In this document: positions 16,642 to 27,600 of the stretch, piece after piece
Position numbering within the stretch: the stretch's first letter is position 1
How the letters are laid out: each line of letters begins with the position of its first letter
Origin: Chloroflexota bacterium
GTDB taxonomy: Bacteria > Chloroflexota > Dehalococcoidia > Lucifugimonadales > UBA3495
Direction: 5' to 3'
Assembly (NCBI GenBank): GCA_022568195.1
Contig: JADFFS010000001.1
Span: 1 to 63,768 of the forward strand
Length of the DNA: 63,768 nucleotides
The notes under the pieces: model-generated
Database searches by the model: none
Seen by the model: the letters and a program-made list of their open reading frames with translations, nothing else
Told to the model about the DNA's origin: nothing
Position numbers and translations under genes: made by a program

Positions 16642-17316
16642 CTAATCGGCGCCTCGCGGAGTTCGGCTGACCCACTCGGCTCGGTCGTCCACGTCCCGGT
16701 CCCGAAACAACCGGTTGAGTAAGACTTTTCTACGAGGCAAGCCTACAGGAAGAGGAGTCCAATTGGATAGCAGGCGTTTCAACACCACAAGTGCCAGCAC
16801 ACCTGCACAATACAAACTGATTACCAGGGGGTCGCCCAGCACGACCGCCCAAACCGGCAGCGTGGCCAAGGCGATTAGCACCCAGACGCCAGAGCTTCGA
16901 GTGAGCGCCCAGCCAGCCAGCATAATCACCAGGAACGCGGCCAGAATCCAAGGCGCCAGCGCCAACAAGCTGCCGCCGGCTACCACTATGCCCCGGCCAC
17001 CCTGGAATCTGATGTAGGGTGACCAGTTATGTCCAGCGATGGCTAGTAAGGGAGCGACCATCAGCAAGACCGATGACCGGTCCAAGCCCATGAGGTATTG
17101 GCCGATCCAGACGGGAGTGGCGCCTTTGACGAAAATTTCGAATATACCCATTGGGACCACCCACCCTTTCCCCATGAGGCGGAAAAGGTTGGACCCTCCC
17201 ACGTTCCCACTGCCGTACTTTCTTATGTCAAGACCTTTGGACAGTTTTGCTATCAGGAAGGCCGTTGGCACGGCCCCCAACAAGTAGGAGAAGATATAAA
17301 GCCCGGCGAGTTCCAT
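16642..17316 (-). CDS. PlsY-family acyltransferase (paralogue 2)
   Basis: SYLLGAVPTAFLIAKLSKGLDIRKYGSGNVGGSNLFRLMG is a PlsY-like signature. Multi-TM protein with a charged C-terminal extension. Confidence 0.7.
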   Translation of the reverse strand: MELAGLYIFSYLLGAVPTAFLIAKLSKGLDIRKYGSGNVGGSNLFRLMGKGWVVPMGIFEIFVKGATPVWIGQYLMGLDRSSVLLMVAPLLAIAGHNWSPYIRFQGGRGIVVAGGSLLALAPWILAAFLVIMLAGWALTRSSGVWVLIALATLPVWAVVLGDPLVISLYCAGVLALVVLKRLLSNWTPLPVGLPRRKVLLNRLFRDRDVDDRAEWVSRTPRGAD

Positions 17317-17341
17317 ACCTTAGCCGGTAAAGAGTCGGCCG

Positions 17342-18214
17342 CTAATGGGGGCTCACTGGCGCCAGGGTCTTCGCCACCTCTTCGAGCCGCTGCACCGTCT
17401 CCAGGGGAGGTCCCATGGTCCCCGGCAAGGGCTCATCCGAATTGCCCAAGCCATGATAGTCGCTACCCCCGCAGGGGATGAGATCGTAGCGTTTGGCAAG
17501 TTCGACTAGCTGCCCCACAGTCTCCTCGTTGTATTTGGCGTAGTAAACTTCCATCCCCACCAAGCCAGCTTCTTTTAGCACGGCGATGGTTGCTTCCATG
17601 TCCGCCAGATACGCCGGATGGGCCAGCACGGGAACGCCGCCGACGCCGGTCAGCAGTTCCACCGTTTCCGCCGGTGTCATCCGGGTTCTTTCCACGTAGG
17701 CGAGCCCGTTTCGTCCCAGGTATTCCGGGAAAGCATCCTTGGGCTCTTTGCAATAACCCCTTTCCACCATGGCCAGAGCGATGTGGGGGCGGCCTACCGA
17801 GCCATCACCCGCGATTTCCTGTACGCGTTCCCATTCGATCTGGATACCCAGGGACGCCAGTTTCTCCACCATGGACCGTGCCCGGTCCACGCGGCCATGG
17901 CGAAACCGTAACAATGTCTCTTGAAACTGGGTGTTCTGATACTGGATAAAGTAGCCCAGCATGTGGACTTCATCGCCGGGCACATCGGCGCTGAGTTCGA
18001 TCCCCGGGATGATCCGCAGGTCTGGGAACTCTTCGCCCGCTCGATAGGCTTCGGCCAGGCCCTCGGTGGTGTCATGGTCGGAAATGGAAACTTGCTTCAG
18101 CCCTTTGCTGGCCACTAAACGTACCAACTCGGTGGGAGAAAGCCTTCCATCCGAGGCCGTAGTGTGCAGGTGCAGGTCGACCAGCGCCGCCATACTAAGT
18201 CTCCATCCTGTCAA
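17342..18214 (-). CDS. PHP-domain metal-dependent phosphoesterase (TrpH/YciV-like)
   Basis: LVDLHLHTTASDGRLSPTELV, ISDHDT and GGSDYHG are PHP motifs. The start may be the downstream Met (MAALVDLH, 18193). Confidence 0.8.
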   Translation of the reverse strand: MTGWRLSMAALVDLHLHTTASDGRLSPTELVRLVASKGLKQVSISDHDTTEGLAEAYRAGEEFPDLRIIPGIELSADVPGDEVHMLGYFIQYQNTQFQETLLRFRHGRVDRARSMVEKLASLGIQIEWERVQEIAGDGSVGRPHIALAMVERGYCKEPKDAFPEYLGRNGLAYVERTRMTPAETVELLTGVGGVPVLAHPAYLADMEATIAVLKEAGLVGMEVYYAKYNEETVGQLVELAKRYDLIPCGGSDYHGLGNSDEPLPGTMGPPLETVQRLEEVAKTLAPVSPH

Positions 18215-19049
18215 GTCGCTCTATCGATACGGCCTTTCCGGAGCTGGAGTCGACCTCCACCAAGACCGAGTTCATCAAGACCGGCCCACCGGCCACAGTC
18301 AGACGTTGCGGCAGTCCGGTCAGGAACCGGTCCAATACCGCGCCGGTTTCGCTGCCGATTACCGAGTCCACGGGGCCCGTCATCCCCACATCGGTCACAT
18401 AGGCCGTGCCCTTAGGAAGAATCCGGGTGTCAACCGTGCCCACGTGGGTATGGGTGCCCAATACCGCGCTGACCCGCCCGTCCAGATACCATCCCATGGC
18501 CTGCTTTTCCGACGTCGCTTCGGCATGGAAATCAACGATGATGACGCCGGGTTCAGTCTCGCGGCCGGTCTCTTTCAATAATCGGCTGGCAGTGCGGAAG
18601 GGGCAATCCAAGGTGGGCATGAACACCCGTCCCATCAGGTTCACGATCATCACGTCGCCTTGAATCATATAACCGTGGCCGGGCGCATCGGGGTAGTTGG
18701 CCGGTCTCAGGAGAGGCAGCCCTTCATCCATATGTGGGATGATTTCCTTTTGGTCCCAGATATGATTCCCCGAGGTGAGGATGTCCACTCCGCTTTCCAG
18801 CAACTCATAGGCGGTCTCGCGGGTGATGCCGAAGCCACCGGCAGTGTTCTCCCCATTGGCGATCACCAAGTCGATGCTATGCTCCTCCCGCAACGCCGGC
18901 ACCAAGTTGCGGATGGCCCGGCGTCCCGGCTTGCCGATGATGTCCCCTATCATCAGTATGCGCAAAACTGGATTCTCCCTGGTGGATGCAGTTAAAAGGG
19001 ACCCACCCCGATACAATCGGGGCTGGGCCCCCTCTGATTCAGCGATCAC
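18195..19049 (-). CDS. ymdB: YmdB-family metallophosphoesterase (2',3'-cyclic-nucleotide 2'-phosphodiesterase)
   Basis: LRILMIGDIIGKPGRRAI...DLVIANGENTAGGFGIT...LTSGNHIWDQKE. It lies immediately downstream of rny, as in Firmicutes. The start is uncertain and the first ~30 aa may not be translated. Confidence 0.85.
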   Translation of the reverse strand: MIAESEGAQPRLYRGGSLLTASTRENPVLRILMIGDIIGKPGRRAIRNLVPALREEHSIDLVIANGENTAGGFGITRETAYELLESGVDILTSGNHIWDQKEIIPHMDEGLPLLRPANYPDAPGHGYMIQGDVMIVNLMGRVFMPTLDCPFRTASRLLKETGRETEPGVIIVDFHAEATSEKQAMGWYLDGRVSAVLGTHTHVGTVDTRILPKGTAYVTDVGMTGPVDSVIGSETGAVLDRFLTGLPQRLTVAGGPVLMNSVLVEVDSSSGKAVSIERLDRMET

Positions 19050-19148
19050 CGATGACGCTGACGCGTCCGCCTGACGTTGTCTGGCTTGCCTGCCAGACCG
19101 GAACCGTGTTGTCGCGTTCAGCCGACGCCGGAAAGGGGCGCGGCAACG

Positions 19149-20705
19149 CTACCGGGCATACTCGACGCTGCGGGTTTCCCGTATGACGGTAACCTTGATT
19201 TGACCGGGGAAGACCAAGTCTTCCTCAACCTTTCTGGCTATGTTCCGGGCCAGGGATGCTGCCTCGACATCATCCATGTCCTCGGGCTTAACCATTACAC
19301 GTACTTCTCGCCCGGCCTGTATCGCGAAGGCCCGCTCTACTCCACCGAAGGCGGTGGCTGCCTCTTCCAGGTCCCGGAGCCGTTTCACATATAGCTCCAA
19401 GGACTCCTTGCGAGCGCCGGGCCTGGACGCGCTGATGGCGTCGGCAGCGGCGATCAGGAACGACTCGATGGTTTCGTGCTCGTCGTCGTGATGCTCCAGT
19501 ATCCCCCGATAGGAGCTGTAATTGATCCCGTGCTTCTGGGCGATCTCAGCCCCGATTTCAGCGTGAGGCCCGGAAACCTCGTGGGTCAAGGCCTTACCGA
19601 TATCGTGGAGCAATCCTCCCACTTTGGCCACCTCGATGTTGGCCCCGGCCTCTGCGGCCAACATGCCCGACAGGAGCGCAACCTCGATGGAGTGCTTCAA
19701 CACGTTTTCGCCGTAGCTGTACCGGTACTTGAGCTGGCCCAATAGCCTTATCAGCTCCGAATCCAGACCGCTGATCCCAACCTCGAAGGTGGCTTGCTCG
19801 CCGGCCTTCCAGATAGTTTCCTCGATCTCCTTTTGGGCCCGGGCTACCACATCCTCGATCCGAGCCGGTTGAATCCGGCCGTCGGAGATCAGCTTCTCCA
19901 ACGCCAGACGAGCGACTTCCCTCCGCACCGGGTCAAAACAGGAAATGGTAACGACTTCCGGAGTGTCGTCGATGATTACATCCACTCCGGTCAGGGATTC
20001 CAACGTCCTAATATTCCGGCCTTCGCGGCCAATGAGACGACCCTTCATCTCATCATTGGGTAGGGAAACAACAGAGGTGGTCGACTCGGAAACCACGTCC
20101 GTGGCCAGACGGTTGATGGCCAGGACTATGATCCGCCGAGCGTTTTCGTCAGCACGCGCTTTGAACTCTTTTTCCAGCTCATAATGGCGGCGAGACAGGC
20201 CGTGTTGGGCCTCTTCTTCGCCCCGCTTCAGAACCATCTGGCGCGCGTCTTCTACGTTTAGGCTAGCGATTTCCTCGAGTTTTTGCAGTTGTTGGGACTT
20301 TGCAGCCTCTACTTCAAGGAGGGCTTCCTGAACTCCGGCTTCCTTAACGCCCAACTCTTTCTGCTGGATTTCAAGGTTTTCAACTTTGTGCTCTAGCTGC
20401 TCTTCCCGTTGCAGGTGCCGGCGTTCCATCCGGTTGACCTCTTGCCGTTGCTCCTTGACCTCGTTCTCACCGGCGGTCCGCAACTGCAGAACCTCTTCCT
20501 GAGTCGCTAGATGCAGCTTTCTCTGCTCTTCTTCTGCCTGGTTGATTATACTGGCTGCCCTCGCGCTTGCGCTTTGAATCCTCGTACCGTCGACCTTAGA
20601 CCTGAGTAGTAACCAAGCTGCTGCCCCTATCCCTGTGACCGCTAGGACGGCAAGGACTACGATGATTGTGGTTGTCAACACAATTTCACCTCTCCTCTCC
20701 GCCAA
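19149..20705 (-). CDS. rny: Ribonuclease Y
   Basis: N-terminal TM helix, coiled coil, KH domain (IGREGRNIRTLESLTGVDVIIDD) and HD domain (LLHDIGKA). Confidence 0.95.
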   Translation of the reverse strand: MAERRGEIVLTTTIIVVLAVLAVTGIGAAAWLLLRSKVDGTRIQSASARAASIINQAEEEQRKLHLATQEEVLQLRTAGENEVKEQRQEVNRMERRHLQREEQLEHKVENLEIQQKELGVKEAGVQEALLEVEAAKSQQLQKLEEIASLNVEDARQMVLKRGEEEAQHGLSRRHYELEKEFKARADENARRIIVLAINRLATDVVSESTTSVVSLPNDEMKGRLIGREGRNIRTLESLTGVDVIIDDTPEVVTISCFDPVRREVARLALEKLISDGRIQPARIEDVVARAQKEIEETIWKAGEQATFEVGISGLDSELIRLLGQLKYRYSYGENVLKHSIEVALLSGMLAAEAGANIEVAKVGGLLHDIGKALTHEVSGPHAEIGAEIAQKHGINYSSYRGILEHHDDEHETIESFLIAAADAISASRPGARKESLELYVKRLRDLEEAATAFGGVERAFAIQAGREVRVMVKPEDMDDVEAASLARNIARKVEEDLVFPGQIKVTVIRETRSVEYAR

Positions 20706-20962
20706 CTGTGACTAAAATGCTATCTGCCATATCGTACTATGCTAACTATAAGGGTTACTGGTGTCAAGGCGAATCAGGTCTTAACTGGCGGTGTCGCGGC
20801 GAGATTTTCCAGCCATTTTCAGTCGTGGGATCCTACTTATCGGGCGCGATCGGCGGCAATCAGCCGCGCCCAACAACCGGCTCCGAGAGATCTAAACTTA
20901 GTCTGGGACAGTACCAAGCCGGATCTGGCCGCATAATGACGTCTAGCCGCCCTAATCTGCTA

Positions 20963-20991
20963 TTGAGGCTAGAACGCGGCTGGATTATAAT
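20963..20991 (+). promoter_or_regulatory. Sigma70-like promoter (TTGAGG-17 nt-TATAAT) upstream of dnaJ
   Basis: -35 at 20963-20968, 17-nt spacer, consensus -10 at 20986-20991, about 46 nt before the dnaJ ATG. Confidence 0.5.
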
Positions 20992-21037
20992 GCATTGGAT
21001 GATGTCCGATTCCCACATTCCCCTCAGGTGGCAATAG

Positions 21038-22213
21038 ATGGCGGAACTGGATTACTACCAGGTCCTGGGTGTTGCCCGGAACGACAGCGAGGAGGAAATC
21101 CGCAAAGCCTTCCGCAAGAAGGCAATGGAATATCACCCTGACCGGAACAAGAGAGCCGACGCTGAAGAAAAGTTCAAGGAGATTAACGAAGCGTACCAGG
21201 TGCTCTCTGACACACAAAAGCGGGCCCAATACGACCGGTATGGCCGCGCCGGCATCAGCTCCAACGGTGGGGCCGACCGCCCATTCGAAGGCTTTGACGT
21301 ATTCGGCGGTTTTGGTGACATCTTCGATTCTTTCTTTGGAGACGCCGCTGGCCGCAGAACCCGACAGGTCCAGCGTGGTGAAGACATCCAGCGACGGGTA
21401 AACCTGAGGTTCGAAGAAGCGGTTTTTGGCACCGAGCGGAAATTGGAAATCACCCGCCTAGAGCGGTGCCAACGCTGCTCCGGACGAGGCAACGAGCCGG
21501 GAACAGACCTGAAGACCTGCGCCACCTGCCGGGGTACTGGCCAAGTCCGCCGGTCTCAACGCAGCATTTTCGGTCAATTCTCCCAGGTGACCCCGTGCTC
21601 CAGTTGCCAAGGGTCCGGCCATACCATGCAAACCCCCTGCAAAGACTGCCGGGCTGCCGGCGTGGAGAGGCATAAGCGCAACATCGCAGTGAGCATTCCC
21701 GCAGGCGTCGAGTCTGGCATGCAGGTACGCCTGAGTGGTGAAGGCGACGTTGGCCGGGACGGCGGTCCCCCAGGCAATCTCTACGTCTACGTGGATGTCC
21801 AGGAACACGAGTACTTCACGCGGGATGGCAACGACCTGATTTACCGCTTGCCCATTAACCTGGCCGAAGCCGCTCTGGGAGTGGAAAAGCAGATCCCCAC
21901 CCTGGATAACACTCCAGAGACCCTCAAAGTACCCCAGGGGACCCAGCCGGGCGCCGAATTCCGCATCCGTGGCAAAGGTATACCCCACTTGCAGAGCAGC
22001 CGCCGCGGCGACCTGCGGATCCTGGTGGACATGCAAGTGCCCCGCTCGCTGGATGCTCACCAGAGGAAGCTGCTGGAAGAGCTGTCCAGGTCCTTCAACT
22101 CCATCGGCGACACCTCCAACGGCGACACCGGGGATCTATCCGGTCCCGACCAGGACAGCGACGACAACAAAGACAAGGGCTTGTTCGACAAGATCAAAGA
22201 CGCCTTTGTCTGA
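21038..22213 (+). CDS. dnaJ: Molecular chaperone DnaJ
   Basis: J-domain (DYYQVLGV...HPDRN), G/F region and four CxxCxGxG zinc motifs. Confidence 0.95.
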   Translation: MAELDYYQVLGVARNDSEEEIRKAFRKKAMEYHPDRNKRADAEEKFKEINEAYQVLSDTQKRAQYDRYGRAGISSNGGADRPFEGFDVFGGFGDIFDSFFGDAAGRRTRQVQRGEDIQRRVNLRFEEAVFGTERKLEITRLERCQRCSGRGNEPGTDLKTCATCRGTGQVRRSQRSIFGQFSQVTPCSSCQGSGHTMQTPCKDCRAAGVERHKRNIAVSIPAGVESGMQVRLSGEGDVGRDGGPPGNLYVYVDVQEHEYFTRDGNDLIYRLPINLAEAALGVEKQIPTLDNTPETLKVPQGTQPGAEFRIRGKGIPHLQSSRRGDLRILVDMQVPRSLDAHQRKLLEELSRSFNSIGDTSNGDTGDLSGPDQDSDDNKDKGLFDKIKDAFV

Positions 22214-22367
22214 GTGCTAATGGGCCCCGGCCCTGTCTGGAAGGTTCCGCCCTGGCAATACCCGGTGGCCCGGCGCTGATCCACCCGTCCGCTTCTCCGT
22301 TCCTTGTTCATCAACCACGGCGCGCCACGTTTTAGCCGGCGTAGGCTCCAAGTAGGGTTTTTCGCGA

Positions 22368-23243
22368 ATGTCCATGGCCTGGCAAGAGTTAAGCATTGCA
22401 GTCCCCCACGAGTATGTAGAGCCCATCTCTTACTTATTCAGCCGGTACGGGCGCGGACTGGGTATGGAACGGGACGGTCCCGACCGCATCCTGCTACGCA
22501 CCTACCTGCCGGGCAACTCTCGCCAGAGACTGGCCCGGATCGAAGTAGGTATCAACCTGATCAACATCCTCCAACCCTTGGGAGAGATTAACATCAGGCT
22601 GTTGCCCGAGGACGAAGACTGGCAGAAGCAGTGGCGCAGCCATTTCAGCTTGTTGCGAGTGGGACGCCACTTGGTCATCAAACCCTCTTGGATCGAATAC
22701 GAAGCCGCCCCAGGCGAAGTGCTGGTGGAGCTGGACCCGGGCATGGCTTTCGGCACCGGTTACCATCCCACCACCCATACATGTTTGCAAGCAATCGAAG
22801 AGTTGTTGCAACCCGGCATGGCCGTCCTGGACCTGGGAACCGGATCGGGTATCCTGTCCATTGCCGCGGTCAAACTGGGCGCCAGCAGGGTAGTGGCGTT
22901 GGACATAGACCCCCAGGCCGTTCGGGCCGCCCGGCAGAACCTGCGGCGCACCCGGGTCCAGAAGCAGGTTGCTCTGACCCAGGGAAGTGTGCCCCACCCA
23001 CTGGCCGGCCATGGCTCATTCGACCTAGCGGTGGCCAACATCTCCGCCAGGGCCGTACGGGAGCGGGCTCCCTTCGTCCTTCCCACCTTGAAGCCCGGCG
23101 GCCGCCTGATCGCCTCGGGTATCATGGACCACCAACGCCAGGAGGTCCACGAAAGCTTGGAGGAACTGGGGTTTTCCTTAAGCGGAGAGTGGACTCAAGA
23201 CGAGTGGGTGACGCTGGTTTACAGCGCTCCAACCGATCCATAA
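22368..23243 (+). CDS. prmA: Ribosomal protein L11 methyltransferase PrmA
   Basis: MAFGTGYHPTTHTCLQAIEE, VLDLGTGSGILSIAA and NISA. It lies downstream of dnaJ, a common arrangement. Confidence 0.9.
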   Translation: MSMAWQELSIAVPHEYVEPISYLFSRYGRGLGMERDGPDRILLRTYLPGNSRQRLARIEVGINLINILQPLGEINIRLLPEDEDWQKQWRSHFSLLRVGRHLVIKPSWIEYEAAPGEVLVELDPGMAFGTGYHPTTHTCLQAIEELLQPGMAVLDLGTGSGILSIAAVKLGASRVVALDIDPQAVRAARQNLRRTRVQKQVALTQGSVPHPLAGHGSFDLAVANISARAVRERAPFVLPTLKPGGRLIASGIMDHQRQEVHESLEELGFSLSGEWTQDEWVTLVYSAPTDP

Positions 23244-23411
23244 CTGCTGATGCCGGCAACGGCGCAACGTGAAAGCGGTTTTGTTGCATTTTCTCCAGTC
23301 ACAAGGTACCATCGGTCTGCCTGAGGCGGACTCCCTAATCACCCTTCTCGGCACGCCGGCGGCCCCGACATTGCAACACCCGCCAGCAACTCGCTGTACA
23401 AGCAGGTTTTA

Positions 23412-24434
23412 ATGGAAAAAGTGGAGCTTAGCCGCTTCCAAACCCAGGGAATATTGGGCACCGGAGCCGATTACGAAGTCCGGTCAGCTCTGGACCAGGA
23501 GACCGGGAAACAGGTGGTCCTGAAGCGGCCCATGCCCCAGATGATCAGCCGCAAGTTGCATGGCAGCACCGAGGCTCGTACCGAACGCATGCTCCAGTTT
23601 TTCCAGGACTTCGGCGACTCCATATCTGGAGTATCTCCGCCGGTAGGCTACACTGATCCCGGCAACCACGATGATTTTTATGGCGACTCACTGGGTCAGG
23701 AGTATCGAGTGATCGTTGAGGAGAGGGCCGCGGGAATTCCCCTCCTGGTTGGAGACATGATGGCGCGCATCACCGGCGTGCCCATTGGCCTAGGTCAGAA
23801 CCTGTTCGCCTTATTCCCCCTGTTCCAGCCGGAAGGGCAGGGCAGGTTCCCGGTACACCAGCAGCTTATGGATACCGAAGAATCCTTCTTCAAAGCCGGA
23901 TTTGTCCTGCTGGACCTTCGCCCCCAAAATTTGTTTTACCAGCCCGCATCTGGCCGGATCACCATCGTCGACTGCGCCGACCTGGTTAGCGCCAACGGGG
24001 AGACCAAACCTGGTTCCAGGACTCCTCGGGACATTCACGACTTCTACCTGGAGCTCTTGAAGTTTTACACCACTCCGAAAAGCCCGCCGGAACAGGCCGC
24101 AGACTATCGCCAGCCCTACGGCCTGCGTCCGGTGGTCCGATTTGAACAGGAACTGGACGAAATGGCGGACGGATTTCGGGAATCCTCCGGCCCCAGCGAA
24201 GACGCCATGCTCCACCTGATCTCCAGAGTCCGGGAGCGGGGCTACAGCGATTTCGAGGGCTTTCGTCAGGATCTGAACGCCTATTTGGAAACGGTCTCGG
24301 CCAGAAACCAGAGCCTGTCCGAATCGGGACAATCCCGGCAAGCCTGGAATGAAGCCCTTGGCTGGCTTAAGGGAGATCACTGGCAGCGTTATATTTTCGA
24401 TCCCGAGGTAGAGTTGGTGGCCTTTGACCTCTAG
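23412..24434 (+). CDS. Atypical protein-kinase-like fold protein (hypothetical)
   Basis: GILGTGADYEV (G-loop-like), VVLKRP (VAIK-like Lys), LLDLRPQNLFY (HRDLKPxN-like, His-Arg lost) and IVDCAD (DFG-like). The C-terminal ~110 aa are unassigned. Confidence 0.5.
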   Translation: MEKVELSRFQTQGILGTGADYEVRSALDQETGKQVVLKRPMPQMISRKLHGSTEARTERMLQFFQDFGDSISGVSPPVGYTDPGNHDDFYGDSLGQEYRVIVEERAAGIPLLVGDMMARITGVPIGLGQNLFALFPLFQPEGQGRFPVHQQLMDTEESFFKAGFVLLDLRPQNLFYQPASGRITIVDCADLVSANGETKPGSRTPRDIHDFYLELLKFYTTPKSPPEQAADYRQPYGLRPVVRFEQELDEMADGFRESSGPSEDAMLHLISRVRERGYSDFEGFRQDLNAYLETVSARNQSLSESGQSRQAWNEALGWLKGDHWQRYIFDPEVELVAFDL

Positions 24435-24505
24435 CTGAAGGCATGCCCGTTAACCGGGACGATTGGGTCATCCAAACCAACTGCTAATCGTAGAGGACGA
24501 TTTAC

Positions 24506-25186
24506 ATGCTCGGCAGCACGGTGGCGACTTTTCAAGACAATTCGGCCCACGGTGAGGACAACTTTCTAATTCTAGACCTGGGCAATAATGCCTTTTTGGA
24601 CGCGGTGATGGACGGCGTTACCGGCCACGGCGGGGAAGAAGCCAGCCAGTCGGTGGTGGACGCCCTGGCCGCCGCATCCATCAAATCCCCCGATGATGTA
24701 GTCGGCGTGTTGGAAGAGGTCAACGCGGAGTTCTACCAGGTAGGCGGCGGACGCTTCTTGCTCACCACTGTATCCGTGGCTCTGTTCCTGGAGGACAGGC
24801 TCTACATCATTAGCGCAGGGGACAGCCCGGTGTTTACCGTGGGTTCCGACTCTTTTCAGCAGCTTGCCGGCAGAGTTGGGGGGTTCCTGCACGCGGGTGT
24901 GGCCCGTGCCGTGGGCGCCGCCGAGACCCTTTCCAACCTCAACCGCGCCGAAATAGGACCGGCAGCCGGCGACAGGTTGGTGCTGGCCACCGACGGTGTT
25001 ACCGACAACATCATGGTTGGAGAGTTGGTGGATATGATTCGTGCCGCCTCTACTCCCGATGATGCCGCGACCCAAGTAAACGGCACCGTGGCGTCGAGAA
25101 TAGAGGAGGGCGCCCTTCCAGCCCAGTTGGGTAGGCGATTCCGTCACGACGACCGGACCGGAATATTCCGATTCTTCAACACGTAA
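24506..25186 (+). CDS. PP2C-family Ser/Thr phosphatase
   Basis: GEDNF, AVMDGVTGHGGEEAS, ISAGDSPVF and LVLATDGVTDN are PP2C motifs. Confidence 0.75.
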   Translation: MLGSTVATFQDNSAHGEDNFLILDLGNNAFLDAVMDGVTGHGGEEASQSVVDALAAASIKSPDDVVGVLEEVNAEFYQVGGGRFLLTTVSVALFLEDRLYIISAGDSPVFTVGSDSFQQLAGRVGGFLHAGVARAVGAAETLSNLNRAEIGPAAGDRLVLATDGVTDNIMVGELVDMIRAASTPDDAATQVNGTVASRIEEGALPAQLGRRFRHDDRTGIFRFFNT

Positions 25187-25324
25187 GCCTCAAGGAGTTC
25201 GCTACCAGCCTCTTCTTGAACATAATTCGATAAGCCGCCCCTTGTGGCTATGGGTTAGATATTGCTACAATTCAGGCGCTCAAAATCGCCATCGTGAGCG
25301 GAACGTGAGAAAGGAGTCAATTTA

Positions 25325-26398
25325 GTGGGCAAAATAAAGGTTGCAATTATCGGCGTTGGCAACTGCGCCTCTTCCTTTGTCCAGGGAATACACAAGTACG
25401 TGGAACTGCCGGAGGACACCGTTGTCCCAGGTATTATGCACAACAGGATTGGCGATTACCGGATAGAGGACATTGAAGTAGTCGCTGCCTTTGACATCGA
25501 CCAAAACAAGGTGGGCAAAGATGTCTCAGAGGCCATCTTCACCGAACCAAACAACACATTGAAATTCGCCGAAGTTCCCCACATGGGCGTGACGGTAGAA
25601 CGCGGCATGACCCATGACGGCATCGGAAAGTATGTGTCACACCTGGTCAAAAAGTCCCCACATTCCACCGCTGATATCTCCGGCATACTTAAAGACCGCG
25701 GAGTAGACGTTGTAATCAACTACTTGCCCGTCGGCAGCGAAATGGCCACCAAGTGGTATGTGGAGCAAATACTCGAAGCCAGATGCGCCATGATAAATTG
25801 TATCCCGGTGTTCATCGCCCGCGAGGATTACTGGGGCGCCAGGTTTGAAGAACGGGGCGTGCCCATCGTGGGTGACGACATTAAATCCCAGCTGGGCGCG
25901 ACCATCACCCACCGGGTGCTGACCCGTTTGTTTGAAGATCGCGGAGTGAAAATCCTGAACACCTACCAGTTGAACTTTGGGGGCAACACCGACTTCCTGA
26001 ACCTACTGGAACGGGAGCGCACCGTTTCCAAACGAATTTCCAAGACCTCCGCGGTTACCTCCCAGATGACCAATGGGATAGACCCAGACAACATCCACGT
26101 CGGACCCAGTGACCATGTCCCGTGGCTCCAAGATCGTAAATGGTGTCACATCCGTCTGGAGGGTCAGTCCTTTGGAGGCGCGCCCATCAACATGGAAGTA
26201 AAGCTTGAAGTGTGGGACAGCCCCAACTCGGCTGGCGTGGTGGTGGACGCCGTCCGGTGCGCCAAACTAGCCCTAGACCGGGGCATCGGGGGCGCCCTGG
26301 TCGGCCCCAGCTCCTACTTTATGAAGTCTCCGCCGAAACAGTTCACCGACGACGTTGCGAGAGACATGCTAGAGGCCTTCATCGCAGTCGAGGAATAG
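25325..26398 (+). CDS. ino1: myo-Inositol-1-phosphate synthase (short prokaryotic type)
   Basis: [26 protein letters not shown] and [12 protein letters not shown]. About 360 aa. GTG start with AAAGGAG RBS. Confidence 0.85.
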   Translation: MGKIKVAIIGVGNCASSFVQGIHKYVELPEDTVVPGIMHNRIGDYRIEDIEVVAAFDIDQNKVGKDVSEAIFTEPNNTLKFAEVPHMGVTVERGMTHDGIGKYVSHLVKKSPHSTADISGILKDRGVDVVINYLPVGSEMATKWYVEQILEARCAMINCIPVFIAREDYWGARFEERGVPIVGDDIKSQLGATITHRVLTRLFEDRGVKILNTYQLNFGGNTDFLNLLERERTVSKRISKTSAVTSQMTNGIDPDNIHVGPSDHVPWLQDRKWCHIRLEGQSFGGAPINMEVKLEVWDSPNSAGVVVDAVRCAKLALDRGIGGALVGPSSYFMKSPPKQFTDDVARDMLEAFIAVEE

Positions 26399-26457
26399 CT
26401 GGGGCGCGCTTCTATCGGCCGCCTGCACCCAGCCGGCTGCACCGTTGGGGGAAATCT

Positions 26458-27600
26458 TTGAAGATCGCAATGGTGTCACCCTACGACTTCACCTGGCCAG
26501 GTGGTGTGACCGCCCACGTCACCCAGCTTGCCCGCCAGTTGGGCCGTACCGGCCACGAAGTCCAGGTGCTGGCGCCCCATTCCCCCTCCAGAGAGTATTC
26601 CAGCCCCGATGATTTCATCCGGCTGGGGCGTTCTGTGCCCCTGCCCAGCGGAGGCTCAATCGCTCGTGTCTCCTTGTCCTGGTGGCTGTATCCCAAAGTC
26701 CGGGCGCTATTGCAGCGGGAAGACTTTGACATCATCCACCTCCACGAGCCGATGGCCCCCATTCTCCCCTTGTGCGTCCTGGAGTTTTCCCAGGCCGTAA
26801 ACGTGGGGACTTTCCACGCTTCCTACAAACACCAACACCTGTACCGGTTGAGCCATCCGATCATCAAGCGGTGGCACGCGCGTCTCCACGGCGGCATCGC
26901 CGTCTCACCGGCAGCCCAGCGCTACGTCAACAACTCCTTCCCTGGGGACTACAAGATCATCCCCAACGGCATCGACGTGGACCACTTCTCCAACAACCCG
27001 GCGCCTTGGCCCGAGTTCATGGACGGGAAGACCAACATTCTATTCGTAGGCCGCTTGGAGAAACGCAAGGGGCTCAAGTACTTGCTGGAGGCGTACAGCC
27101 GCTTGAAATGGGAACTTCCCGACACCCGGTTGCTTGTGGTCGGCCCGGGCAACCCGGACCGGGACTCCCACCACATTCTCAGCGCCCGGGCCATGAAAGA
27201 CGTTGTCTTTTTGGGCAAGGTGTCCTACCAAGACCTGCCTCGATACTACGCAACCGCCGACATTTTCTGCGCTCCGGCCACCGGCGCCGAAAGCTTTGGC
27301 ATAGTTTTGCTGGAGGCCATGGCAGCGGGTAAGCCCATTGTCGCCTCCGACATCGAGGGTTACAACGCGATTGTTTCCCACGGGCGCCAGGGGCTTCTCT
27401 TCCCCCGCAAGGACACCGAAGCCCTGGCTGCGGCGCTGGCTCTCTTGGTCCAGAACCCGGAGATGGCTCAAAGCATGGGAGCGCGGGGCCGGCAGGACGT
27501 TGAGACATACCGGTGGGACAAGGTCGCCTCCCAGGTTGTTGACTTTTACTACGATTGTTTGAGCTCAGCCAATGGCCATTCCCGGACGCGAACAGGTTAG
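26458..27600 (+). CDS. GT4 glycosyltransferase, PimA (phosphatidylinositol mannosyltransferase)-like
   Basis: (M)KIAMVSPYDFTWPGGVTAHVTQLARQL and ESFGIVLLEAMAAGKPIVASDIEGY (EX7E). I set the start at TTG 26458. The ORF-track extension to 26212 overlaps ino1. Confidence 0.75.
   Translation: MKIAMVSPYDFTWPGGVTAHVTQLARQLGRTGHEVQVLAPHSPSREYSSPDDFIRLGRSVPLPSGGSIARVSLSWWLYPKVRALLQREDFDIIHLHEPMAPILPLCVLEFSQAVNVGTFHASYKHQHLYRLSHPIIKRWHARLHGGIAVSPAAQRYVNNSFPGDYKIIPNGIDVDHFSNNPAPWPEFMDGKTNILFVGRLEKRKGLKYLLEAYSRLKWELPDTRLLVVGPGNPDRDSHHILSARAMKDVVFLGKVSYQDLPRYYATADIFCAPATGAESFGIVLLEAMAAGKPIVASDIEGYNAIVSHGRQGLLFPRKDTEALAAALALLVQNPEMAQSMGARGRQDVETYRWDKVASQVVDFYYDCLSSANGHSRTRTG

Noticed and set aside
26212-26457. 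Upstream extension of the GT4 ORF (track start 26212)
   Set aside because: It overlaps the 3' end of ino1 in another frame and is Arg/Gly/Pro-rich. GT4 similarity starts at (M)KIAMVSPY (TTG 26458 / ATG 26470).
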